64,000 nucleotides of DNA, taken from contig SVTW01000005.1 of assembly GCA_015063585.1 (NCBI GenBank), forward strand, positions 525 to 64,524. Reading direction: 5' to 3'. The DNA is from Oscillospiraceae bacterium. GTDB lineage: Bacteria; Bacillota; Clostridia; Oscillospirales; CAG-272. The position numbers were made by a program, and so were the translations under genes. Positions 38,825 through 47,163 of the stretch are shown here, piece by piece (positions within the stretch are counted from its first letter, which is position 1; each line of letters begins with the position of its first letter). The notes beneath the pieces are model-generated. The model saw only the letters and a list, made by a program, of their open reading frames with translations, did no database searches and had not been told where the DNA came from.

Positions 38825-39637
38825 TTATGTAAAAAATCCGATCAGCGGGATCAGCAACGCGGGCAAAAGGATTGCGGGCATATAATTCATGATCTTGAGC
38901 TTTGTGACTCCGAGCATATTGAGCGAAAGCCCGATGATGAGAATAGAGCCGACCCCTGACATTGCAGTGATCACCTCGGTGGACAGAATCGGTGCAATAA
39001 TGCCCGCCAAAAGCGCGATGCTCCCTTGGAAGACCAACACAAATGCCGATGAGAACATCACGCCGATTCCGAGCGAGAGCGAAAAAATGATTGCCGCGAC
39101 AAAATCGAGAAGCGATTTTGTATAGAGCATGCTGTGATCGCCCAAAAGTCCGCTGTTAAGTGAACCCACAATGGTCATCGAGCCAACGCAAAACAAAAGT
39201 GATGCGCTGACAAAGCCTTGTGCCACGTTTCCAAAGCGCGCACGCGCGAGCTGTTCCACACGTTCCCCAAGGCGGTTGATGGCACGATCGAGGTTGAGCA
39301 GTTGACCGATCAAAGCGCCGAGCGCCATGGAGACGATGATTACAAGCGTATTTTCTCCCGCGAGATCAGCAACGAGACGGATGGGATTGGACGTGTCCCC
39401 CGCATACCCGCCCGCGATAGCCGCTCGGATCTGATCGTTGACTGCCGCCTTGATCGTCCCTGTGATTCCGATGGCAAGCACGCAAAGCGCGACCCCTTTG
39501 AAGATGCAGTCCGACAGTGCCTGGGAGCGTTCTTCCTTCCCCGCCCCGATAAAGCGCTTGAGGAGGAGTCCGATCGCCGAACCGCCGATCACGGCAAGCG
39601 CATTCACGATCGACCCCCAAAGTTTTAGCTGTTCCAT
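38825..39637 (-). CDS. DUF554-family integral membrane protein
   Basis: 270 aa and polytopic. The N-terminus GSIVNALAVIGGSAIGLLLK and the overall pattern resemble the YdfK/YqgA (DUF554) family. Confidence 0.6.
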   Translation of the reverse strand: MEQLKLWGSIVNALAVIGGSAIGLLLKRFIGAGKEERSQALSDCIFKGVALCVLAIGITGTIKAAVNDQIRAAIAGGYAGDTSNPIRLVADLAGENTLVIIVSMALGALIGQLLNLDRAINRLGERVEQLARARFGNVAQGFVSASLLFCVGSMTIVGSLNSGLLGDHSMLYTKSLLDFVAAIIFSLSLGIGVMFSSAFVLVFQGSIALLAGIIAPILSTEVITAMSGVGSILIIGLSLNMLGVTKLKIMNYMPAILLPALLIPLIGFFT

Positions 39638-39667
39638 AGATTGCGTTCCTTTTTTGACCTTTATGTT

Positions 39668-40669
39668 TTAATGTTCAAGAAAAATGCCGTCCAAGCCATC
39701 GGTAAGCGTGACCGTACCGTTTTCATCGATCAGAATTGCTTCAAAGCGAAAGGCTTTGGATCGATAAAACGCGAGTGCCGCATCGCGCCCCATCACGAAC
39801 AGTGCCGTGGAAAGCGCATCGGCAAGCGCGCCGTCCAAGGCAATGACCGCCACACTTGAAAGCCCCGTTTCGGCGGGAAACCCGCTTTCGGGATCCAAAA
39901 TATGATGATATTGCTCGCCATTGACGGTAACGTAGCGTTCGTAGTTCCCCGAAACAGAAAGGACCTGCCCCGACGTAAGTGTGAGGACACCGACCGTGCC
40001 GTTCGCATCCGTGGGGTCGCGGAGTGCGATGCGAAAGACTTCTCCGCTCGGCTTACTGCCGAACACGGCAACGTTACTGCCAAAGCTTACAAGACCGCCA
40101 TCCAGCCCCTCGCAAAGGCTGAGATATCCGATCAGCTCGCTGATTGCCGCGCCCTTTCCGATCCCGCCGAGATCCAGTGAAAGGCTCGGATCTGTTTTCC
40201 GGATCGAATCCTCTCGCAAGTCCAGCCCCTGCATACCAACGTGGGAAAGTGCCGCCAAAAGCTCTGTGTCGGTTGGCAAGCTCCCGCGTGCTTCCGCAAG
40301 CTCCCACAGATCGATCACAGGGGCAACCGTGGGATCGAAGGCCCCGTCCGTGGCCTCAAAAACCGCATATGCGGTTTGCAGGAGCGCAAAGGTTCTTGCG
40401 TCGATCGCCTCGATTCCCTGCTCTGAGCGGTTAAAACGGGCGATTTCGCTGGTGTCGGTATGACGCGACCACAACCCTTCCAGATTACTCAAAATGGTAC
40501 GGCAAGCATCAAAAGCCGCGTCGGCGGCGGACGCGTCGCGCGCATAGAGTGTCACCCCGATCACGGTATCCATGAAAAAATAGGTTTCTGAGTATGCGTT
40601 TTTTGCCTTACAGCCCGCAAGCGGAAGCAGGCATATCAAAAGCGCAAGAAAAATGCAAAGCTTTTTCAT
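39668..40669 (-). CDS. apbE: FAD:protein FMN transferase (ApbE family), lipoprotein
   Basis: 333 aa. Signal peptide with lipobox LPLAGC, FMDT near the N-terminus, the GGIGKG motif and HHILDP. Confidence 0.88.
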   Translation of the reverse strand: MKKLCIFLALLICLLPLAGCKAKNAYSETYFFMDTVIGVTLYARDASAADAAFDACRTILSNLEGLWSRHTDTSEIARFNRSEQGIEAIDARTFALLQTAYAVFEATDGAFDPTVAPVIDLWELAEARGSLPTDTELLAALSHVGMQGLDLREDSIRKTDPSLSLDLGGIGKGAAISELIGYLSLCEGLDGGLVSFGSNVAVFGSKPSGEVFRIALRDPTDANGTVGVLTLTSGQVLSVSGNYERYVTVNGEQYHHILDPESGFPAETGLSSVAVIALDGALADALSTALFVMGRDAALAFYRSKAFRFEAILIDENGTVTLTDGLDGIFLEH

Positions 40670-41202
40670 ATCGAGCCCCCTTTCCAGGCGGTTTTGAGCC
40701 GTGGCAGTAAAAGATTGAGCAAAAGTCCCACAATTCCGCCGAAAAAGACCGATGCAAGGAGCAGGACGGGCAAATAGGAAAAGATGACCGATGCCTCGAA
40801 CAAAAGAGTGGCGGCAAGGATCTGTCCCGTATTATGTGCTGCCGCGGACAAAACCGAAACCGCAAGAAAGCTGAACCCCCGCCCTATGTGTGAGAGCAGA
40901 AGCAGGGTCAGGTAGGAGAGCAGGCCTCCCAAAAAGGAAAACCAAAGTGAGGTCACCGTTCCAAACAAAAGCCCCATCAAAAGAATGCGAACCGCCGATA
41001 TGATCGCCGCATCAAGCTTGGATACAAGACAAAACGCGATCAGAACCACAACGTTGGCAAGCCCCAGACGGACACCGGGGAGCGGGATCAGCAGATTGAG
41101 CGGAAGAAGGAGTTCCAGATAGGACAGGGTCATGGCAAGTGCCGTCAGGCACGCGTCAAGGGTGATGCGTCGGATGCGGTTACCCCGCGACAAAATCGAC
41201 AT
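40666..41202 (-). CDS. Gx transporter family membrane protein (Hpre_diP_synt_I-like)
   Basis: 178 aa with 5 hydrophobic helices. The start of apbE overlaps its stop by 4 nt. The family assignment is by resemblance only. Confidence 0.55.
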   Translation of the reverse strand: MSILSRGNRIRRITLDACLTALAMTLSYLELLLPLNLLIPLPGVRLGLANVVVLIAFCLVSKLDAAIISAVRILLMGLLFGTVTSLWFSFLGGLLSYLTLLLLSHIGRGFSFLAVSVLSAAAHNTGQILAATLLFEASVIFSYLPVLLLASVFFGGIVGLLLNLLLPRLKTAWKGGSI

Positions 41203-41557
41203 CGCGTCCGCCTCCCTTCACCGAGAGTGTGATACCGGCGGGTGCGCAAAGGATCGTCTCCCCGCTTCCGGATATTTTGCCGCTGTTTCGGCACACTCCA
41301 TCACGGCAATTGCTCTCGGAAACGTATGCCGCACCGTCCGCAATTACAACACGGAGCGTAACTCCGTTCGAGGTCAAAGTCAGCTCCCGCGGCTCGCTGA
41401 GAGAATATTCAAAGCGACCTTCGGGCGTTGTGATCACAAGCACAGATGCGTTGGAGGAGAACCACGAAGGCAACAAAAGCATGCCGGTTGCCAGCAACAA
41501 AATCAGGATCATCGCAACCAGATCCGCGCGGGTGGGTTTTGTTTGAAACATCTTCAT
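41180..41557 (-). CDS. NusG domain II-containing (DUF1312) membrane-anchored protein
   Basis: 125 aa with an N-terminal TM anchor. A beta-rich domain follows, with CxDxxC...C (SNCRDGVCRNSGKISGSGETILCAP), typical of this family. Confidence 0.6.
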   Translation of the reverse strand: MKMFQTKPTRADLVAMILILLLATGMLLLPSWFSSNASVLVITTPEGRFEYSLSEPRELTLTSNGVTLRVVIADGAAYVSESNCRDGVCRNSGKISGSGETILCAPAGITLSVKGGGRDVDFVAG

Positions 41558-41715
41558 CTCCTCCTTTTCGGTACTTTTCTTTCTATTATATCAATTTTGT
41601 AGACAAAAAGCAAGAGAAAGCATAAGAATTCCCAAAAAAGATCGCAAATTTCTTGACAATCCCTTTCATTGGTGGTAAAATAAAGGTTGCTAAAAATAAA
41701 AAAGGAGACATCAGC

Positions 41716-42558
41716 ATGCATCAATATCAAATTGGACTCGCAGTCAGCGAATCGTTCGGATTTCCGATTGCGGAAAGCTTTGCGCATTTGAAGCAGCACG
41801 GCTTGGAGGCAACCTTCACGGGTCTTGGTACCCCTGAGGATCGACACGTATGGGCAGATCAATGCGCCAAGCACGGCCTCATTTACAGCTCGATCCACGC
41901 CCCCTTTAAAAGAGCCGCGGACATTTGGGAGGATACGCTCAACGGCGACGAAGGAGAACGCGAGCTCTATGCGAGCATTGACGCCTGCGTGGAGGTTGGA
42001 GCACCCATTACGGTGGTACATCCCTTTATCGGGTTCGATAAGCATGAGCCCACTCCCATCGGTCTGACCCGTATGTGCCGCGTTGCCGAGTATGCTGCGA
42101 ACAAGAATATCAAGGTGGCAATTGAGAACGTTGAGGGCGAGGAGTATCTCGACTATCTGATGGCAGGTCTGCGCGACTACGATTCGATCGGCTTCTGCCT
42201 TGACACGGGTCACGAGGTCTGCTACAATCGCGGACGCGATCTGCTTGCCGATTACGGTGACCGCCTGTGCTATCTGCACATCAACAGCAACGTGGGAATC
42301 ACCTCTCCCGAGGGAATCATCACCTACAAGGACGATGCCCACATGCTCCCCTTCGACGGCAAGGCAGACATGAATTTCTTGGTCGAGCGACTCAAAAAGC
42401 ATCAATACAAAGGTATTTTGATGATGGAGCTTGCGCGCAGAAACCACAAGGATCGCAACACCAACGACCGTTACCTCGCCATGGCTCCCGACGAATACCT
42501 CGCCGAGGCAGCCGCGCAGATCAAGCGTCTGCGGGATATGATGGAAGCAACCGTATAA
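41716..42558 (+). CDS. sugar phosphate isomerase/epimerase (xylose isomerase-like TIM barrel), paralog of 17221-18015
   Basis: The start was set to MHQYQIGL (ATG at 41716, AAAGGAGA RBS). IHAPF...VAIEN...CLDTGHE...HINSN...ME pattern. Confidence 0.75.
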   Translation: MHQYQIGLAVSESFGFPIAESFAHLKQHGLEATFTGLGTPEDRHVWADQCAKHGLIYSSIHAPFKRAADIWEDTLNGDEGERELYASIDACVEVGAPITVVHPFIGFDKHEPTPIGLTRMCRVAEYAANKNIKVAIENVEGEEYLDYLMAGLRDYDSIGFCLDTGHEVCYNRGRDLLADYGDRLCYLHINSNVGITSPEGIITYKDDAHMLPFDGKADMNFLVERLKKHQYKGILMMELARRNHKDRNTNDRYLAMAPDEYLAEAAAQIKRLRDMMEATV

Positions 42559-42565
42559 AAAATAC

Positions 42566-42606
42566 CGGAGACCAAACCCATTGGCGTGTTTGGTCTCCGT
42601 TTTTTT
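42566..42606 (+). terminator. rho-independent terminator
   Basis: CGGAGACCAAA-N12-TTTGGTCTCCG followed by TTTTTTT. Confidence 0.75.
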
Positions 42607-42747
42607 CACTTTTCAAAATTTGTTTTTCAAGTGATTTTCAAAATCTTTTCGGTTATTTGCTCTTAAAACACACATTTTACATACTTGTTTCACAAAATCC
42701 GCTCCTTTGCATAAGATGGTATCAAGACAAAAAAGGAGGGTATGAAA

Positions 42748-43200
42748 ATGTATCGCGAGCAAGAATCGAATCCTACGGCAGGCAACACGGGGCAAGGTGC
42801 TCTGGTGGTACACGTTACAACCGCGCGCGGCGCGATCCCCTTGGAGGGCGCGCAGGTTCATATTCGAAGCTATGACAGCGAAAGCACAGAGGGGCGAGGG
42901 GACGTGATCCGCTCGGTGGTGTCGGGACGCGACGGAAACACGCCGATCATCGCCTTGCCTGCTCCCGCGCGCAGTGAATCGCTCAAGCCGAACGAGGGGG
43001 GACTTCCGCCGTTTGCTTCCTATATTGTGGAGATAACGCTGGAGGGCTATTTTATGCAAAATTATATCAACGTTCCGATTTTCGACGGAATTACCGCGAT
43101 CCAACCCGCGGATCTGATTCCCTTATCGGAAAATGACAAGACCGATTCGCGCACCCCCGATGGCGACCGTTTTTTTGAGTCCTCCGCGCCCAATCTTTGA
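42748..43200 (+). CDS. carboxypeptidase-regulatory-like (beta-sandwich) domain protein, hypothetical
   Basis: About 150 aa. The segment ALVVHVTTARGAIPLEGAQVHI...VSGRDGNT resembles CarboxypepD_reg-type domains. The start is more likely 42748 (GGAGGG 7 nt upstream) than 42742. Confidence 0.45.
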   Translation: MYREQESNPTAGNTGQGALVVHVTTARGAIPLEGAQVHIRSYDSESTEGRGDVIRSVVSGRDGNTPIIALPAPARSESLKPNEGGLPPFASYIVEITLEGYFMQNYINVPIFDGITAIQPADLIPLSENDKTDSRTPDGDRFFESSAPNL

Positions 43201-43239
43201 TCTTTTCTTGTAATAAATACCTCGGAAAGGATTTTTACC

Positions 43240-44637
43240 ATGCCGCAATTACCGATTATTCCCGAAACCATTACGGTTCATCTCGGCCCGCCCGATGCGG
43301 AAGCCGAAAACGTAACGCTTCCCTTCCTCGATTACGTGGCAAACGTTGCTTCCAGCGAGATCTATCCCACGTGGCCCGAAAGCGCGATCCGTGCCAATAT
43401 GTACGCGCAAATCTCCTTCGCGCTCAACCGCGTCTACACCGAATATTACCGCACGCGCGGATATGATTTTGATATTACCAATTCAACGGCATTTGATCAG
43501 TATTTTGTAAACGGACGTGATATTTTCAGCAATATCCGAGAAATTGCGGGAGATCTGTTTAACAACTACATCCGCCGTGTTGGAAATATCGAACCGCTTT
43601 TCGCACAATATTGCAACGGTACAACCGTTACCTGCAACGGGCTTTCGCAATGGGGCTCGGTGGAGCTTGCCAACCAAGGCCTTACTCCTTACGAAATTCT
43701 GACCTATTACTATGGCAACGATATTGAACTGATCCGCGACGCGCCGATCGCAAACGCGACCGAGAGTGCGCCCGATGTCCCGCTGAGACTCGGCTCCGCC
43801 AACGATGCGGTTCGCACCGTTCAGATCCGCCTCAACCGCATCTCGTCCAATTTCCCTTCCATTCCCAAAATCGTGCGTGCCGATGGGATCTTTGGAACCG
43901 ATACCGAGGCGGCGGTGCGGCAATTTCAGGAGGTCTTTAACCTGCCCGCCGACGGCGTTGTCGGAAAATCCACGTGGTATCGTATTCAAAACGTTTATAT
44001 CGGAGTCAAACGGCTCACCGACCTCAATTCCGAGGGAATCTCGCTCGGTGAGGTCACACAGCAGTATCCCGGTGTCCTGGAGCTTGGCTCGGAGGGAAAC
44101 CCCGTGTTGAATCTGCAATATTTTATTGCCTACCTCTCCCAATTCTATGATACCATTCCTGCGGTTGCGATCGACGGTGTGTTCGGTGAGTCAACACGCG
44201 CAGCGGTGGAGGCGGTGCAAAGAACCTTTGGCTTACCGACCGACGGCATCGTAGGAGAACGCACGTGGTATGAGCTTTATCGTGCCTATGCGGGAATTGT
44301 TAACACGATTCCGCTCGAATACGTGGAGGGCTTTACCGTACCCTACGGCGGTGTTCCCTTGCGGATCGGCGCCGACTCCGAATCGGTGCGGCTCTTGCAG
44401 GAATATCTCAACTATATCGCGCAAACCTACACCGAGATCCCCGTGATCAATCCCACGGGCTATTTCGGTCCTCGTACACAGGAGGCAGTTCTTGCCTTTC
44501 AAAACCGATTTGGAATCAGCCCCACGGGAATTGTTTCGGCGGTAACGTGGACCGCGATCACAGAGCTTTACAACGCACTATACAAAGGCGAACAACTGCA
44601 AGACGGTCAGTTTCCCGGCTTTGCCGTTGGAGGCTGA
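43240..44637 (+). CDS. peptidoglycan-binding protein: SpoIID/LytB-like N-domain + three PG_binding_1 repeats
   Basis: 465 aa with three repeats of V..LQ..L......P.I...G.FG..T..AV..FQ..F.L..DG.VG..TW. The N-terminal ~150 aa resemble the SpoIID-type domain (YVANVASSEIYPTWPESAIRANMYAQISFALNRV). Confidence 0.65.
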   Translation: MPQLPIIPETITVHLGPPDAEAENVTLPFLDYVANVASSEIYPTWPESAIRANMYAQISFALNRVYTEYYRTRGYDFDITNSTAFDQYFVNGRDIFSNIREIAGDLFNNYIRRVGNIEPLFAQYCNGTTVTCNGLSQWGSVELANQGLTPYEILTYYYGNDIELIRDAPIANATESAPDVPLRLGSANDAVRTVQIRLNRISSNFPSIPKIVRADGIFGTDTEAAVRQFQEVFNLPADGVVGKSTWYRIQNVYIGVKRLTDLNSEGISLGEVTQQYPGVLELGSEGNPVLNLQYFIAYLSQFYDTIPAVAIDGVFGESTRAAVEAVQRTFGLPTDGIVGERTWYELYRAYAGIVNTIPLEYVEGFTVPYGGVPLRIGADSESVRLLQEYLNYIAQTYTEIPVINPTGYFGPRTQEAVLAFQNRFGISPTGIVSAVTWTAITELYNALYKGEQLQDGQFPGFAVGG

Positions 44638-44652
44638 GAGAAAGGAGAATTC

Positions 44653-45186
44653 ATGCCGGAATATGCAAATCAAACAAGTGCCGTGCGAAATCTGCAACGC
44701 TATCTGCGCCGTCTCTCATTTGGAGAATCCACCATTCCAGATCCTCCGATCGACGGCATATTTGACAGCCGAACCGAGCAGGCATTACGCGAATTTCAAC
44801 GGTTGCGTGGGTTCCCCATGACCGGACACGCGGACCGTCAAACGTGGGAGCGGCTCTACGAGGACTACCGCGCGGCACAGGCACTTGGTGCCCAACCCCA
44901 AAGGGTCGCCCTTTTCCCGGTCACGCCCGATGGATATATGCTCGATCCGAATACCCGCGGTTTTGTCGTAACAGCTCTGCAATACATGCTTCGCGAGCTT
45001 AGTCATAACCATAAGGAGCTCTCGGACCTCCCCATCACAGGTATTTACGACGACGCTACCGCCAAAGCCGTGCGGCTTTTTCAATCCCGAAATAACATTC
45101 CCGAGGACGGACTTGTCGGGCTTTTGACTTGGAATGCCTTGACCGATCAGTACAATCTGCTCTTTTTGCGCGCCGATCGGGAATAA
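44653..45186 (+). CDS. peptidoglycan-binding domain protein (two PG_binding_1 repeats)
   Basis: 177 aa. VRNLQRYLRRL...DGIFDSRTEQALREFQRLRGFPMTGHADRQTW and a second repeat. AAGGAGA RBS. Confidence 0.7.
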   Translation: MPEYANQTSAVRNLQRYLRRLSFGESTIPDPPIDGIFDSRTEQALREFQRLRGFPMTGHADRQTWERLYEDYRAAQALGAQPQRVALFPVTPDGYMLDPNTRGFVVTALQYMLRELSHNHKELSDLPITGIYDDATAKAVRLFQSRNNIPEDGLVGLLTWNALTDQYNLLFLRADRE

Positions 45187-45193
45187 CCGTCCT

Positions 45194-45241
45194 AAAAAGG
45201 GTGAGCGCCAAACGAAAAAGCTTGGTTCTCACCCCTTTTTT
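45194..45241. terminator. bidirectional stem-loop between convergent genes
   Basis: AAAAAGGGTGAG...CTCACCCCTTTTTT. The stem base GGGTGAG/CTCACCC is shared with repeat module HP5. Confidence 0.55.
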
Positions 45242-45884
45242 ATACTAAGTTTTTCGGTAGTTCCGTTGCGGCATCGCCTTGATGACGGTCATATCCGTAA
45301 CAGATCAGGCGGCAGGTTCCATCGTCCTCATATTCCGCAATTGAAACCGATGCATTTCCGCAAAAAGGAAGCTTTCCGGCATCCTCAACCGTGTAGCCAA
45401 ACCATTTGCAAGCCATCATACGAACCGGCGTGGCATGTGTAAAGATCGCTACGCATTTCCCGCGGTTTGCCGCCAACACGCGGTCGGTGGCGGCGTAAAT
45501 ACGCGCTGCCAGATCGGTAACACGTTCCCCGTTTTGCGGGTGCGCCCTGCCAACGTCGTGCTTCCAGGTCTCATACGAGTCCCCATAAAGCGCGCTCAGC
45601 TCCTCATAGGTGTGCCCTTCCCAATCCCCTGCATAAATTTCGCGAAAGGCAGGCTCGGGAATCACCTTCAAGCCATGCATTTCTGCGGTTGGACGCGCGG
45701 TATCGCGTGCACGCGAAAGATCACTTGCGTAAATTACGTCAATCGGATAGGAGGCAAGATAGTTGGCGGTACGGATCGCCTGCTCACGCCCCAATGCGGT
45801 CAGCGGTGTATCGCCCTGACCGGTAAAACGGGTTTCAAGATTACTGACACTTTGCCCGTGCCGCACGAAAATCAGTGTGGTCAT
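45240..45884 (-). CDS. histidine phosphatase family protein (phosphoglycerate mutase/CobC-like)
   Basis: 214 aa. LIFVRHGQS catalytic motif and a FTHA segment. Confidence 0.82.
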   Translation of the reverse strand: MTTLIFVRHGQSVSNLETRFTGQGDTPLTALGREQAIRTANYLASYPIDVIYASDLSRARDTARPTAEMHGLKVIPEPAFREIYAGDWEGHTYEELSALYGDSYETWKHDVGRAHPQNGERVTDLAARIYAATDRVLAANRGKCVAIFTHATPVRMMACKWFGYTVEDAGKLPFCGNASVSIAEYEDDGTCRLICYGYDRHQGDAATELPKNLV

Positions 45885-45891
45885 TGTACAC

Positions 45892-47085
45892 TTATCCTTT
45901 CTCTTGTTTTTCTGCCCTTTTTCCGCGGATCAGCAGAAGAAGCAGGTGGATCAGCGGAAATACGGTTGCAAAGCAGAACGCATAACGAAGGTTGCCGTCA
46001 AAGAGCTCTGCCACCGCGCCTGCAATTGCGGGACCGCTCAAACACCCAATGTCGCCCGCCACAGCCAAAAGAGCAAACATGGCGATCCCTCCGCCGTGAA
46101 TACTTGCTGCGGCACGGCTGAGAACCCCAGGCCAAAAGATACCTACGCTGAAGCCGCAGAGCGCGCACCCGATCAAGGAAAACGCGGGGGTGCTTGCAAC
46201 AGCAGCCAACAGGTAGGAGAAGATGCAAAGACTGCAGCACCACACCATAAGCCGCTCCAAATTCAGCTTTTCACTGTATTTTCCGTAAAGAAGACGCGCA
46301 ATACCCATCAGAAACGCGAACATACAGGGGCCCGCGAGATCTCCCACGCTCTTTGAAACACCCAATGCCGATTCTGCGAAATCCGATGCCCATTGCGCCA
46401 TCGTCATCTCCGACGCACCCGCACAAAACATCATAAGCAGAAAACACCAAAAGATCGGCATGCGGAACAGCTTGATCACCTCACGTTCTCCCTGCTCCTC
46501 GGAGGGTAAGCGATAGATCGGAACAAAGCAGAACGCGATGGCACCGACAAACGGCACGATTGCCCAGAAGAGCGGCAGATAATGCCAATACAAATCGGGA
46601 GTAAAAAAATAGAAATAGACGCTTGAGAACAAGACAACGCCTGCCTGTCCCCAACAATAAAAGGAGTGCAAAAAGCTCATATTTCCCGATTTTCCTTCGA
46701 TTGGGCAGGCTTCGATCAATGGGCTGATGAGCACCTCTGTAAATCCGCCGCCCACCCCCAAGCAACAGACCGCGATCAACAGTCCCGGATAGGGGGCAAA
46801 AAGATAAGGAAAAACAGCGAGCCCGATCAAGCCAACCGATGCCATAAGATGCGCAAAAACCGCACAGAAGCGCAGGTTGATGCGCTCTGAGAAAAAGGAC
46901 GCAAAAAAATCTATGAATAACTGTGTTAAAAAATTAAATGCGATCAAGGAGCCGATTTGCGAAAGAGAAAGAGAAAAATTTTTCTGAAATGTGAGATAGA
47001 GTAACGGTGCTAAGTTGATTGAAATTGCCTGCGTGATATAACCGTTATAGCACGCAAGCATGGTGGCGCGATGGGTAAGCTTCAT
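45892..47085 (-). CDS. MFS transporter
   Basis: About 397 aa with 12 predicted TM segments in a 6+6 arrangement. The start is ATG at 47085 (MKLTHRATM) or the upstream TTG at 47118. Confidence 0.75.
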   Translation of the reverse strand: MKLTHRATMLACYNGYITQAISINLAPLLYLTFQKNFSLSLSQIGSLIAFNFLTQLFIDFFASFFSERINLRFCAVFAHLMASVGLIGLAVFPYLFAPYPGLLIAVCCLGVGGGFTEVLISPLIEACPIEGKSGNMSFLHSFYCWGQAGVVLFSSVYFYFFTPDLYWHYLPLFWAIVPFVGAIAFCFVPIYRLPSEEQGEREVIKLFRMPIFWCFLLMMFCAGASEMTMAQWASDFAESALGVSKSVGDLAGPCMFAFLMGIARLLYGKYSEKLNLERLMVWCCSLCIFSYLLAAVASTPAFSLIGCALCGFSVGIFWPGVLSRAAASIHGGGIAMFALLAVAGDIGCLSGPAIAGAVAELFDGNLRYAFCFATVFPLIHLLLLLIRGKRAEKQEKG

Positions 47086-47163
47086 GATATTGCCTTTCTG
47101 AAACGATGGAAAACTCAAACGTGACTATTATATCACACAGTTGCAAAAAAGTAAATACACAAA

